DNA of 58,761 nucleotides from an uncultured virus (IMG/VR IMGVR_UViG_3300031612_000001). Its lineage: Duplodnaviria > Heunggongvirae > Uroviricota > Caudoviricetes. Made by a program: the position numbers and the translations under genes. Shown here piece after piece: positions 58,601-58,761 of this stretch. Location: IMG/VR virus record IMGVR_UViG_3300031612_000001; one strand, 5' to 3'. Under the pieces are notes generated by a model. The model was not told where the DNA came from. It saw nothing but the letters and a program-made list of their open reading frames with translations, and ran no database searches. How positions within the stretch are numbered: position 1 is the stretch's first letter; the number at the start of each line of letters is the position of its first letter.

Positions 58601-58761
58601 GAAGCTACATTGGCTTCACCAGGATTAGAAGTTAACGGAACTGATATCGGTACATTAACTGGTTCTAAAACATTAGATCTTAAAGCTGGCACAGGCATAG
58701 GTCTAGCTGCAGTTGTAAATGGTAATGAGTTTGAAGTCACAATTAATAATACTTTGGCTGG
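55616..58761 (+). CDS. Long tail fibre-like protein, 3'-truncated (not in ORF track)
   Basis: MANNESKTLKSNTLEKWRQDTN start; T/G/S/A-rich; V.AINE-type repeats and GNL.VNG motifs; no stop noticed before the window end; TATAAATA at 55473. Confidence 0.8.
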   Translation, partial: MANNESKTLKSNTLEKWRQDTNASSHHLGDVGQLDSRLTDKIYTYTGDASKYHYDVYDADTASKNIRFELSPEENTDAILTIIMTGNPTIPASFVASVTVFQGSSGSETFTGNIIYINKNKIAVQNTTGSFNPAVVLKYSTDTIPASKLVRTVSESYKKGYVTATVAGSIVTQTQVQTGFHVPNIGLRVVLTGTPSIPASFSEGATVTQTGGFSGTLYKATTTELLFKTFTGTFNVGQNAAISGDNILASKITSIATPDATIGNAIEFHTIPASSAAVAITSTNAVDAIIEIQDDIGEITSLGTTDKSDIVSSINEIETAVRGSTGNYTLDTAANDVVAAINEIENVFDASTHEISAGSNAFNITSGELTIDSSADIILDADGGDLRLKDAGVQYASLTNSSGNIVLQSGSTTMLTGSGANATFAGNVDATGIVSGSSYKVGSTVIVDTSRNLTNIGTITSGAITSSGNLDLNASADISANLVVGGTTQVTGTFNVDSTTTLNGTTIDGALDLNGAADISTNLVVHGNTTFGDNAAADAHVYNGTLTIGTLDTSSQNVRGSINELHTQIGSALIGGSGTAAAGLTNLTSQINALDAEIGVVASYEGGAYGSTTISGVLQSLQAGLIANDGEIASNDTDIAARLIKSSGSSQALATNLSFGGNKTYTVTSGSTLAIASGATLTIAGSASGVSTFGTSFLEVDGNQTSTPMGFAVNRSHIGSAPTPYPAIQWREGVVASKPHRSWQIVGLNDAGNSSQEQDIVTFFNAKDLFANNTETGLAVTWQADTQNFDVVLGNSVFTLTGAVTGSVTQTAKGNVTIATTATSDPTLTLTGDASGSATFTNLGNASLNVVIANDSHNHDHSDANFTVGGNLQVNGNTVLGNQTTDTTTIAGGLTVAGNLTVNGTNTILNTTTLEVEDTLVLVGSNAGNSAEPSTGGFGLETRLFSGLANAVINGRTWSSTGKHPNAASDVSGSHSLVYNFTSDRWEADGSLVLSEATLASPGLEVNGTDIGTLTGSKTLDLKAGTGIGLAAVVNGNEFEVTINNTLA

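Noticed and set aside
539..58740. Many 60-120 aa antisense or off-frame ORFs in the track (e.g. 1072..1296, 3800..4117, 17378..17560, 51505..51819, 56220..56450)
   Set aside because: Nested within well-supported genes; no RBS or motifs.

Overview
AT-rich segment of a large T4-like myovirus genome, most like marine pelagimyophage/cyanomyophage-type viruses; the host cannot be assigned from sequence. From left to right: putative capsid-internal proteins (1-3.5 kb); a spanin pair and class-3 lipase; nrdA-nrdB-glutaredoxin-GIY-YIG nuclease-RNase H; accessory genes (DenV-like glycosylase, GroES, PD-(D/E)XK exonuclease, HAD, SET, PMM, adhesin-like gene, lysozyme, iscU, iscA); an operon of CsgF, CsgG, two curlin-like proteins, FecR and a CHASE2 adenylate cyclase (20.4-26.9 kb); an early region of small ORFs behind repeated sigma70-like promoters; gp33-dsbA-gp59-gp32; a minus-strand tail block (gp4, gp2, tube-like, gp26, gp51, tape measure); and baseplate/fibre genes running off the right end. 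The best leads are the late-promoter-driven curli/FecR/cyclase operon, a predicted -1 frameshift fusing gp26 to gp51 in lambda G/GT position, and recurrent predicted leaderless late transcripts together with SD and anti-SD RNA elements. All product calls come from motif recognition by eye; no searches were run. No tRNA, rRNA or CRISPR array was seen.
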